This document shows, in pieces, positions 1 through 8,676 of a stretch of 64,000 bases of DNA. The position numbers were made by a program, and so were the translations under genes. Origin of the DNA: Candidatus Thorarchaeota archaeon (lineage in GTDB: Archaea; Asgardarchaeota; Thorarchaeia; Thorarchaeales; Thorarchaeaceae); assembly GCA_016839605.1 (NCBI GenBank), contig JAEOTX010000039.1, forward strand, positions 53,541-117,540. The letters run 5' to 3'. Positions within the stretch are counted from its first letter, which is position 1. Every line of letters starts with the position of its first letter. The notes below the pieces were generated by a model, which made no database searches, was not told where the DNA came from, and saw only the letters and a list, made by a program, of their open reading frames with translations.

Positions 1-1095
1 ATTGGAAAACTGGAAGCTGGGATTGCAATTCTGATTGTCTTTGCATTCTTCTGGTCCGAATTCACACATTTCGATCCACTAGTTATAATACTTCTAGGAA
101 TCATAGGTGGAATTTGGCTTGCCTTCAGGCCCTCGGAGTGGGCTGTAGAAGGCATTGAAAGCGTTTCGGGGCACATGGGATATACAACCTACATTGCTGG
201 ACTGCTATCAAGTCTGGCCAGCAACATGCCAGAAGCAGTAATCAGCGGCTTGACGGCTTTCAATGGTTTCACGCAGAATCGACCAGAGCTTCTGACAATC
301 GCCATACTCTCAGTCCTAATAGCAGGCGGTTTCAACATGCTCTTGCTTGGGATCACTATAGTAATCGCAACTCGCAAGAAAGACGACTTGCCAGTACCCG
401 AGGAAGCTATCAAGAAGGACTCGGTCCTCATTCGTTGGACTATTGTAGCCCTTGCCAGTATGTTTGCACTTGGAATTGTTGATGTGACGTTCTCTGGAGG
501 AACTGGCAATCCGCTCTTTCCATGGGAGGCGTCTCTCATCCTGTTCCTTTCGTATATCCTCTATTCTATTGACCTCATGAGAGGAGAAGAAGTAGAAAAT
601 GCAGAGCGCTCACATCCGCACCATTCAAAGCGATCTGCATCAATCCTCTGTGCAGCAGGTTTCCTGGGAATTTTCCTTGCAGGTGATCTTCTCACTACTT
701 CGGTTGATATTTTGCTAACAACATATGATACGCAAATTAGCAGTGTGGCCAATCCCATCACAATAGCTGCATTGATTCTTGGTGCTGCAGGTGCATTGCC
801 CGAACATGGAATTGCAATTGTTGCTGCTTTGAAAGGAAAAGTTGGCATTGCTGTAGGGAATCTTGTTGGAGGGATTCTTCAGATTCTGCTTCTTGTTATG
901 GGTGGAATTGGGATTTTCGTACCGATACCTATGAACCGCTATGTACTGTTCCAGATAGTGGTTATTGCAGGCAGCCTATGGTTCCTCGCGCGTGCCATAT
1001 CTGATGATCATAAACTGGACACGTTCGAGGGTATGATGATAATATTGTTACAAGCCTATGTGTTTGCGCTCCTTATCTGGGGCACGCCTATATGA
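1..1095 (+). CDS. Na+/Ca2+ (CaCA-family) cation exchanger, 5'-partial
   Basis: Frame is open from base 1; about 10 TM helices; two alpha-repeat-like motifs (SLASNMPE, AAGALPE followed by GNLVGG). Confidence 0.85.
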   Translation: MGKLEAGIAILIVFAFFWSEFTHFDPLVIILLGIIGGIWLAFRPSEWAVEGIESVSGHMGYTTYIAGLLSSLASNMPEAVISGLTAFNGFTQNRPELLTIAILSVLIAGGFNMLLLGITIVIATRKKDDLPVPEEAIKKDSVLIRWTIVALASMFALGIVDVTFSGGTGNPLFPWEASLILFLSYILYSIDLMRGEEVENAERSHPHHSKRSASILCAAGFLGIFLAGDLLTTSVDILLTTYDTQISSVANPITIAALILGAAGALPEHGIAIVAALKGKVGIAVGNLVGGILQILLLVMGGIGIFVPIPMNRYVLFQIVVIAGSLWFLARAISDDHKLDTFEGMMIILLQAYVFALLIWGTPI

Positions 1096-1720
1096 CGTGC
1101 GGGAGAATTGACCGCAGGTCGTTCTCCTTGATTGTCAGCATCGCGGAATCAGCAACTTCTTCATCCTCGGGTCTGAACGCAATCGAGAGACCCACCACTC
1201 CAAAAGCCGAGATATCATTTCTGCCGTCGCCCACAAATGCCGTTTCAGACAGTGGGACCTTGAAATGATTACAGATGTGTTTCAGTTCTTGCACTTTCTC
1301 GCCCCATCCAACACGGACCTCAACTTCTCCGGTCAGCAGCCCATTCTTGTGAATCAAGCGATTAGTAAGAACGTATTCAATTCCAAGACGTCTGGCGATG
1401 TTCTCTGCTAGAACATCCAAACCTCCTGAGAGGATTGCCACATTGATCCCGTGCTCCCTAAGACTGGTCACTGTTTCAGCCGCTCCTGGCACCAACTCAG
1501 TCGCTTCGACTAGCTTGACAACTTCATCAAGGGGTTGACCCTTCCAAAGACCGGCATCAAAGTCAGCCCAATCGTTGTATGAAATCTGACCTGAGAAGTA
1601 CTGGTCAAAGAAATTCTTTCCTTCCTTCTCCGTATTGAAATGCTCATGTAGCCTCCACCAAATGGATGAATGGCTAGTCAATGTTCCATCGACATCGAAG
1701 ACAACAAGTTTGACAACCAT
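1088..1720 (-). CDS. HAD-IB phosphatase, phosphoserine phosphatase (SerB)-like
   Basis: FDVDGTL motif I, ILSGG motif II, conserved K, VGDGRND motif IV. Confidence 0.85.
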   Translation of the reverse strand: MVVKLVVFDVDGTLTSHSSIWWRLHEHFNTEKEGKNFFDQYFSGQISYNDWADFDAGLWKGQPLDEVVKLVEATELVPGAAETVTSLREHGINVAILSGGLDVLAENIARRLGIEYVLTNRLIHKNGLLTGEVEVRVGWGEKVQELKHICNHFKVPLSETAFVGDGRNDISAFGVVGLSIAFRPEDEEVADSAMLTIKENDLRSILPHVI

Positions 1721-1754
1721 CTATAGATATCTCCGGTGAAAAGAATGAATTAGC

Positions 1755-2414
1755 TTAGCTTTGTGCCTCACGCTCTCGTTCTTCCTGAGCTTCCTTCTCA
1801 AGGTCAGCAAGAAGCTCATCAATGCGCTTCTCTTCGGTCTTGACTTGCTCCACGGGTTTTTTGCCAATAGGAGTCTCCAATGATGGAAGAACTCCCTCCT
1901 TTTCTAGAAGGACTTCAGCCTCCATGGACTCCAACTGTCGCTCAATCCGCTCATCTGATTCTACAGTCGAGTCACCTGTGGAGAGATCTTCAGAAAGAAG
2001 CTCCCCTGCAATGGTGATATGTTCAAAGGACTCAGAGAGCTTGTCTAGTTGCATTTGTATCTCAGCCGGTCTAAGCATAGCACGAGCATCTGTAAGTGCA
2101 TCATTAGCGATTGTAAATGCCCTCAGGACTTCAGCCTGGTCCTTTGCTTCCTCTATGTTCAGTAAGGCGGTCTCAAGAGTCAGGTATTGCTGCTGATATC
2201 GACCGCGTCTGCTCTCCAATTCAACAACGATTGAGAGATGCGAGCGTGCCACGTCGCGATCCCCTTGCGACATGGCCTCCTTGGCTTTCTTCTGCTCCTC
2301 CGATCTTCGAGTATCCAATCTTCGAATTCGTAGAGTCAGAGCATTCATAGTACCCTTGATCTCAAGCATGCCCCGTTCGGCATCAACCTTTTTCTTTCCG
2401 CTCAGGAAGCCCAT
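1755..2414 (-). CDS. ESCRT-III / Snf7-family protein
   Basis: MGFLSGKKK N-terminus; helical hairpin with AKEAMSQGDRDVARSHL (Snf7 'A..G....A...L' pattern); LETALLNIEEA..AEVLRAF; acidic tail with LPSLETP. ORF track starts at GTG 2423; ATG 2414 is more likely. Confidence 0.8.
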   Translation of the reverse strand: MGFLSGKKKVDAERGMLEIKGTMNALTLRIRRLDTRRSEEQKKAKEAMSQGDRDVARSHLSIVVELESRRGRYQQQYLTLETALLNIEEAKDQAEVLRAFTIANDALTDARAMLRPAEIQMQLDKLSESFEHITIAGELLSEDLSTGDSTVESDERIERQLESMEAEVLLEKEGVLPSLETPIGKKPVEQVKTEEKRIDELLADLEKEAQEEREREAQS

Positions 2415-2569
2415 AACGTCCACCGAGGATAGACCTTGTTCTGTTGTGATGTCATCACTTTGCCCATTTAAACGATTTGAATACAGTTTGAAGCTTATGT
2501 GATGAGATACCGCAGGAGGACCATAGGGTTTTAGAGCTGTTCACCGGAGATGAAGATGAGGCCCGGATC

Positions 2570-3379
2570 ATGTCATTGACAAAAGACCTAACCAAAGCTG
2601 TGGATTGTGCAAGAACAGCCATTTTGAATAATCTCGCAGAAGCTGCGGAGCTGACTGGTGAAACCAATCAGTATGGAGATAAGACGCTCCTTCTTGACAA
2701 AAAAGCCGAAGATGCAATCATCGAAATAATACTCCAACTAGACACACCTATGATTATTCTAAGTGAAGAAAGCGGCCTCATTGTACCTGAGAGTAGACCT
2801 GAATACGTTGCAGTTATAGATCCAATAGACGGCTCAGCCAACCTTGAGAGAGGGATTCCACTTTGTTCGACTGGCATATCTGCGGTCAGGCACTCGGAGA
2901 TTATGACAACTGATGATGCGGAAATCAGCATAATTGAATCCGTTTTTTCGGAAGAGACCTTCATCGCTGAGAAGGGACAAGGAGTCCGAAGAAATGGAAA
3001 GACCATCAGAGTCGCAGATCCAATACCTTTGGAGAAATCCATAATCTCCTATGACACTAAGAAATCTGGAGATGATGCGTTTCTGACGAGCTCCATGAGG
3101 GTGTTAGAGGGAGTCCATGACATTCGCCGATCTGCGAGCAATCTGTTGGACCTGTGTTGGGTAGCCTCTGGTGCACTAAATGCGATGGTAGATTTGAGGG
3201 GGATGCTCCCAATCGTCCATGTATCAGGAACACACATGGTTTTCGAGGCGGGAGGTTATGTGATAGGGAAAGATGGAATGAGGCTAAATCTGCCCATTGT
3301 TGCAGAACAGATGATGAGCTTTGTAGCTGCATCAGATGAAACTACAGCTAATAGGATACTGGCGCTCTTTAGGGGCTAA
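2570..3379 (+). CDS. Inositol monophosphatase / FBPase (FIG family)
   Basis: ILSEESG and IDPIDGSAN motifs; LDLCWVASG. Confidence 0.9.
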   Translation: MSLTKDLTKAVDCARTAILNNLAEAAELTGETNQYGDKTLLLDKKAEDAIIEIILQLDTPMIILSEESGLIVPESRPEYVAVIDPIDGSANLERGIPLCSTGISAVRHSEIMTTDDAEISIIESVFSEETFIAEKGQGVRRNGKTIRVADPIPLEKSIISYDTKKSGDDAFLTSSMRVLEGVHDIRRSASNLLDLCWVASGALNAMVDLRGMLPIVHVSGTHMVFEAGGYVIGKDGMRLNLPIVAEQMMSFVAASDETTANRILALFRG

Positions 3380-3441
3380 TAAGGGGAGTGTCATTGTAAC
3401 GGAGGAATCGCTAAGCAACTGGGTCTGAAGATAGGGCTCAG

Positions 3442-3879
3442 CTAATCAGACTCATCCTCCGAAGTATCAGCGACGACTTCATCTTCGGGTTCTTCAGTCT
3501 CTTCGTCTTCCTCTGTTTCTTCCTCGCCGGCTTCCTCCTCATCCTCCTGTTCTGCTACTTCTTCCTCTTCCTCTTCTTCCTCCTCATCAGAAACGGCAGA
3601 AGGAACAAGTCTGTAGACATAGAAATAGCCAATGAAGACGCTCACTAAGGAGAGTAGAAGTGTTATCCAGAAAGCACCACCTGTGCCAAACCATGTCACA
3701 GGATTGATTACGAGTTCACTTCTTGCTGCTCCGAAGACAACAGTCTGGAACCATATTGGAACTCCAAAAGCAAAAGGTATGCAAATCACAACCAGTAGGA
3801 TAATCGACATGATAATCTCAGCTGTGTAAATCAGGATTTTTCGTAGTGTGCTATCTACCGCTTTCTTTGCAGCCGACAT
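3442..3879 (-). CDS. Small membrane protein with long acidic C-terminal tail
   Basis: Two hydrophobic segments followed by about 45 aa of Glu/Asp-rich low complexity. Confidence 0.7.
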   Translation of the reverse strand: MSAAKKAVDSTLRKILIYTAEIIMSIILLVVICIPFAFGVPIWFQTVVFGAARSELVINPVTWFGTGGAFWITLLLSLVSVFIGYFYVYRLVPSAVSDEEEEEEEEEVAEQEDEEEAGEEETEEDEETEEPEDEVVADTSEDESD

Positions 3880-3961
3880 TTCGTTCGCCTTGGATTGCCG
3901 ACTTGGGCTTGCCTTTAAAACCTGCCGTCAATGGGATTGCCTGGAGAAGAAAGGGATTCGT

Positions 3962-4250
3962 ACAGGGAGTCCGAGAAAGAGTTGTGATTGAGAGGAGGGA
4001 GAGGGAGGAGAGGAGATTTGTTCGGACTCCCTGTTCAATATTAAGTAGGGTAAGATTACTATATAAAAGTATATCATATATCATATTAGCATCTATGAGG
4101 GGACTGCAGCCTCTCAGGTAATCTAGATGATCATGTTTCTTGCCAGCAGCTTTAGTCCTGAGAGAATAAGAAGAAGGGAAAAGCGGGGCCGGAGAACGCT
4201 TGAAGGAGGAGAGAGAGAGAGATATGAGAGAGAACGGCCCCTAGCCCTTC
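3962..4250. other. Structured intergenic element: two inverted repeats with GA-rich loops flanking an AT-rich core
   Basis: Perfect 13-bp IR acagggagtccga (3962-3974) / tcggactccctgt (4022-4034); second IR ggggccg (4185-4191) / cggcccc (4235-4241) extended by gaaggg/cccttc; AT-rich centre at about 4036-4090. Confidence 0.6.
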
Positions 4251-4368
4251 ACCATTTACTAGCCATTAATACATATTTAAGCAAATCTTGTTTGAGGATA
4301 AATTTACCAGATATTTGGCGCTGTATAGCGAAGGAATTCATAATGCAGAATCGATATGCGTATGCAAT

Positions 4369-5043
4369 TTATGCAAGTCTTGATTTGACTACGTCTAGTA
4401 TTTGTAGTAAAGAGTCGAAGACTTGAGAAGCACCCGCTTTGATCAAGTCATCCCTGGTGGTTTCTCCGGTGGTCACTCCCCAAAACTCAATCCCAGCTCT
4501 AGTTGCGGCTGCTCCATCGATTCTTGCATCACCGATGTACACGACCTCATTGGGTTGCACGCCTATATGAGCCACCAGTTGCCTGAGGCCATCGGGATAA
4601 GGTTTGGGACTAGGAGACTCATTTCGAGTCTGGATCACATCGAATAATTCCTCCAATGGAAGCTGCTCGAGTATGACATCAACAGCAGTTCTACCATTGT
4701 TTGTGAGAATTGCAGTCTTCAGGCCAAGAATCTTCAGCTCTCGCACAACATCCATCGAACCATCGATAAGCTCTGCATCAGTGGCAGCCCATCCTTCGTG
4801 TCCACTGAGCGTTTTGTCGACATCGTGTTCCATTCGCTTCCATTCACTAGATGAAATCCCTTTAGAGTGGAAGTATTCCCTAGCCTTCACTCTGGTGCTC
4901 GAGATACCATCAGCTGAATCGAAGAGGTCAGCAGGTGCACCTTGACTCTTAAAATATTCCTTCGTGTCTCGTCTCATGGCATCTAGAGGGAGAGCCAGAA
5001 CAGTGAGGGTACCATCAAGATCAAAGAGGACCGCCTTCAACAT
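4369..5043 (-). CDS. HAD-IA hydrolase (phosphoglycolate phosphatase-like)
   Basis: FDLDGTL, LTNN, KPYPD and IGDARID motifs. Confidence 0.85.
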   Translation of the reverse strand: MLKAVLFDLDGTLTVLALPLDAMRRDTKEYFKSQGAPADLFDSADGISSTRVKAREYFHSKGISSSEWKRMEHDVDKTLSGHEGWAATDAELIDGSMDVVRELKILGLKTAILTNNGRTAVDVILEQLPLEELFDVIQTRNESPSPKPYPDGLRQLVAHIGVQPNEVVYIGDARIDGAAATRAGIEFWGVTTGETTRDDLIKAGASQVFDSLLQILDVVKSRLA

Positions 5044-5085
5044 TCTCGACCGCCAGTTTTCACGCTCCGTGTCAGCCTCTTAAGG

Positions 5086-5730
5086 TTAGCCATCTGCCAT
5101 TTGCTCTAGGAATTCGGACAGATGGGACTCGGCTGAACTCAGGTGGTTCATATAGAAATGACCTTCTCCCTCGAGTGCTATAGTTCGAACTTTTTTGCTG
5201 CCCAGCCTCTTTGCCAAAACCTGCATGTCATTGAAAGAGACCATGGTATCGTGGCTTCCATGGAACATCAACGTTGGACAGTGAACATCAGCTAGAGAAT
5301 CAAGGCGCTCATCCTCCTCTTGAGCCAAGTCAAACGACGCGCTGAATGTGACCAAGAAGGCTGCTTCAGTCTCTGATGCGAGATGAAGAGCCACAGAACC
5401 GCCAAATGAGTAACCCAAAATTCCTATGCGCTTCTGTTGTGTTTCACCAAGAAGCGTACGAGCTGCTGCTCGAGCATCTTGGATGGCACCTGGAATGCCC
5501 TGATAATCATGTGGTGATTTGGCACCACGGAAGTCAAATCGCATTGTAACATAGTCACGGTCCAGTAGAATTCGATCAATGTGCCTAACGACGCGGTCCT
5601 CTCTACTACCCCCGTATAGAGGGTGAGGATGAAGGATGAGAGCTGCTTTATGAGATTCCGGAGTAGGTGTGCTTAAAATTCCGACAAGTCGATCATCATC
5701 TACGGCAAATTCTATCTCATCATAGCGCAT
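5086..5730 (-). CDS. Alpha/beta hydrolase
   Basis: HPHPLYGG, nucleophile elbow GYSFG, HGSHD, C-terminal GHF. Confidence 0.9.
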   Translation of the reverse strand: MRYDEIEFAVDDDRLVGILSTPTPESHKAALILHPHPLYGGSREDRVVRHIDRILLDRDYVTMRFDFRGAKSPHDYQGIPGAIQDARAAARTLLGETQQKRIGILGYSFGGSVALHLASETEAAFLVTFSASFDLAQEEDERLDSLADVHCPTLMFHGSHDTMVSFNDMQVLAKRLGSKKVRTIALEGEGHFYMNHLSSAESHLSEFLEQMADG

Positions 5731-5936
5731 TCTGATTTCTCCGCATATTAGAAGTGCTAGGCTTCAAAGACGAAACGGGTCGCGTTATATATTGCTTGGG
5801 AGCAATGAGATTTGCGATACTTGTCGTAGCTTTGCTGAGCCAAAAACTGACTGAACTTGAGAGTCGAATCTTTTGAAATACCTACGTAGGTCAAGTTTAA
5901 GACTCACATAAATCAACCATTCACCGGCGATTTGGA

Positions 5937-6953
5937 ATGAAGACTCTTGACAGTATCGACAAAACAAGCATGCGTGACATGACAGCTAAATTCCCATCCA
6001 TGCTCAGACTCGATGTATTTCCTGAGTCCATACGTTACGAAGCTGAGAAAGTCAAGCTCAAAGGTGTTGGAGGCATCTGCATAACCGGAATGGGAGGGAG
6101 CGGGATTGCTGGGGAGATATGCAAAGCCCTAATGGCAGATGTATCGGAAATTCCAATCGTCAGTAATCGAGAGTACTCGCTGCCTCGCCACGTCACCAAG
6201 GAGTGGGTAGTGATTGCCGTTAGCTACTCTGGTGAAACTGAAGAAACACTCTCCGCATTTGACGTAGCTAGACATCGGGGTTGCAGGACCTTTGCACTGA
6301 CAACAGGAGGCAGACTTGCAGTTAAGGCAGATGTGAAGAAGACAACAACGCTTCCAGCTGGTCTACAGCCTCGTGCAGCACTTCCTGTGATCTTTTCAGG
6401 TCTGCTCCCTCTTCTGGAACTCCTGATTGGAACTGAAAGGTCGGACTTGATTAGCATTGCAGATGCACTCGAACGACTTCAACCAGACTGGAATGGAGCG
6501 TCTTTGATGCCAGAGGAGTTGGCGGCCGAGCTCCAGAACAAGATTCCATGGTTCATAGGATGGAAACATCTAGTTCCAGTTGCCTATCGGGCAAAATGTC
6601 AATTCAATGAGAACTCAAAGATTTTTGCGTCAAGCTCTGAGATTCCAGAGATTTATCATAATGAAATCGAAGGTACGCTCTCCTGCAGAAATCATCCCGT
6701 TTCACCAGTTTTCCTGAGAAGCAGAGAAGAGGATGAGAAAACGAGAAATGGGTTCGAATCCGCAGCCGCAATCTTCGAGGAGAATGGCTGCCATCCGGAA
6801 CATCTGAATTTCAGATTTGACTCAAGAATCGAGGAGGCCCTTGGATTCACCATGTACTTGGACAGGGTATCAGTGATGTTAGCAGAAATCCTTGGAGTTG
6901 ATCCATTATCTGTTGAGAGAATTGCACAGCTGAAGAGAAGGCTTAGGGACTGA
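5937..6953 (+). CDS. Bifunctional phosphoglucose/phosphomannose isomerase (SIS)
   Basis: GMGGSG, SYSGETEET, QPRAA, QFNENSK, PEIYHNEIE motifs. Confidence 0.9.
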   Translation: MKTLDSIDKTSMRDMTAKFPSMLRLDVFPESIRYEAEKVKLKGVGGICITGMGGSGIAGEICKALMADVSEIPIVSNREYSLPRHVTKEWVVIAVSYSGETEETLSAFDVARHRGCRTFALTTGGRLAVKADVKKTTTLPAGLQPRAALPVIFSGLLPLLELLIGTERSDLISIADALERLQPDWNGASLMPEELAAELQNKIPWFIGWKHLVPVAYRAKCQFNENSKIFASSSEIPEIYHNEIEGTLSCRNHPVSPVFLRSREEDEKTRNGFESAAAIFEENGCHPEHLNFRFDSRIEEALGFTMYLDRVSVMLAEILGVDPLSVERIAQLKRRLRD

Positions 6954-7061
6954 CTTGCTGTACATTCTGAAGAAGAGGCACAACAGAGTGGGAGAATCCC
7001 AGAGTTACCCAGCGATTTAATATAACTGCAGAAATATCCGAAATGAAGGCAAAACTGAGAG

Positions 7062-7601
7062 TTAGAGAAGAGTAACTCCTTCATAGACGAAACCGATTGT
7101 GCGTCTATACGTGGATGATGAACTCATCACAGAATAGGTGTAGCGTACTGTAAGACTCCAAGTCCAGTTTGCTGAATTGTACGCACCAAATAATACGTCT
7201 TTGTCATTATCATTTGTGATATCACTTCTTATTGTGTGATTCTTATCGTAGCCTGCGTCCAAAGGCTCTTGTTCAAAACGAAATTCCCTTAGGAATGTGC
7301 CGTATGTTATTGATTGTTGGTTCAATAGCACTAAGATCCGAATAGAAGCAAGATGTGCGTCCCCATTTACATTATCTGGAGCTTTGAAATTAAGGACAAA
7401 TGAGATGCGGGGATTCATGCTATAATTAGTCGGATCAAAATTGGAAACACTAGTATCAGCAACATCGACTTCCAGGAATTCTGCAAGTGCGACGCTGTCG
7501 CCGTAATATCTTGCATTGCCTGCCAGAAGAGCTGCGCTGAACAGACCTGCAGCTATGACTGTAATTATAATCAAGTCTTGGATTCTTCGACTCTTAAGCA
7601 T
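7062..7601 (-). CDS. Single-pass (type II-like) membrane protein with a beta-rich ectodomain
   Basis: Basic N-terminus (KSRR), one TM helix, beta-strand-rich remainder with N-x-S/T sequons. ORF track extends to 7664. Confidence 0.65.
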   Translation of the reverse strand: MLKSRRIQDLIIITVIAAGLFSAALLAGNARYYGDSVALAEFLEVDVADTSVSNFDPTNYSMNPRISFVLNFKAPDNVNGDAHLASIRILVLLNQQSITYGTFLREFRFEQEPLDAGYDKNHTIRSDITNDNDKDVLFGAYNSANWTWSLTVRYTYSVMSSSSTYRRTIGFVYEGVTLL

Positions 7602-7670
7602 CTGGCTGCACCGTTCCTCCCGAGCGTTCAGCTCAATATCTCCCTTGCGCTTCAGGCATATCAAATCTAC

Positions 7671-8546
7671 CTATCCAACAGATGGAAGATAGGCCAATAT
7701 ATGAATCAACCAAGGATAGATAGCCAACAGCGCAGGAATAGTAATGCCAGGGAGTGGCTCATGCTCATTTAGAAATACTGTTACATTAATAATCACGACT
7801 AAAACAGCAAGAGCAACGGACGCTGCCCAAACATATAACGGAAAATATAGCAAGGCGTGAGTAGATATCATGGAGAAAGCAACAAAGTCACCTGCTCCGA
7901 CTGCAATGCTTTGAGATTGGATTCTGGTATAGTCGAAAGGATCTGAACCTACCCTCTCACTCATCTGGTTGGCCTTTGCGGCAGGTGAGAACCTTATGAG
8001 CAAGTAGTCCTCGACTACGAGAGATAAAATCAATACCATCATGCTTGAGGTGACAAAAGCGACTCCGAGAAAGGTTCCAAAGGTACTTCCATAGAATGCA
8101 GCAAAAAGATTCCTCATGAGTGGCGGTATTGCATCTATCAGAATGAACACAATGGAAAACATGAACACGGCGAGTGAGCCTAATGAAATGATGCTTGGTA
8201 AGATTGTGTTTGATGTACCCTTGAAAAGGATGAGAAGCAGAGACTGCCCCAAGACGAAGAACACTAGCGAGAGAATGGGGGAAACAATGAAGGCAACCAT
8301 GAGTCTCCGGCCTCGAGCTGATCTTCTCTCTAGCATCCAGAAAAGTGATAGAACTATTAAAGACCCTAGGCAAATGGAGATGAGTGCCTGAATAACCAGC
8401 TCAGCTGCTGTGTAGCTTCTGGCAGCGCTCGAGATAACATCACTGAAGAGGGAGTTCCCAAGAATAGTAAATCCCATGATTGACCCGATTAAAAGAGGCA
8501 AAATCGAAACTACTATGAGCATTCCTCGAGATCTATCAAGCTTCAT
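7671..8546 (-). CDS. Presenilin/signal-peptide-peptidase-like GxGD intramembrane aspartyl protease
   Basis: About 9 TM helices; Asp in a TM (VVEDY); GAGDF in the next TM; late LPG..PAL motif. Confidence 0.75.
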   Translation of the reverse strand: MKLDRSRGMLIVVSILPLLIGSIMGFTILGNSLFSDVISSAARSYTAAELVIQALISICLGSLIVLSLFWMLERRSARGRRLMVAFIVSPILSLVFFVLGQSLLLILFKGTSNTILPSIISLGSLAVFMFSIVFILIDAIPPLMRNLFAAFYGSTFGTFLGVAFVTSSMMVLILSLVVEDYLLIRFSPAAKANQMSERVGSDPFDYTRIQSQSIAVGAGDFVAFSMISTHALLYFPLYVWAASVALAVLVVIINVTVFLNEHEPLPGITIPALLAIYPWLIHILAYLPSVG

Positions 8547-8633
8547 CAGAGATTCTGGTCAAGCAAGGAGTCCTCTTTTAAATGGAGTCTGATTCGCGCA
8601 AATCCAAATCGGACTTGAGTATCGAGTCATGTC

Positions 8634-8666
8634 AAAAAAAGAGGGGGGTGGGGACAGTTGTCCCCA
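8634..8666 (-). terminator. Putative terminator downstream of the ABC substrate-binding gene
   Basis: Hairpin ggggacagttgtcccc followed on the minus strand by a pyrimidine run ending in T7. Confidence 0.55.
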
Positions 8667-8676
8667 ATTGATTAGA

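Noticed and set aside
3463-3590. (tcttcc)n-like repeats suggesting a repeat array
   Set aside because: They simply encode the poly-Glu tail of the membrane protein.
3846-4426. Short ORFs across the structured intergenic region (3846-4121, 3851-4084, 4127-4426)
   Set aside because: Translations are low-complexity R/E or S/L strings arising from the GA tracts, and they overlap real genes at their ends.
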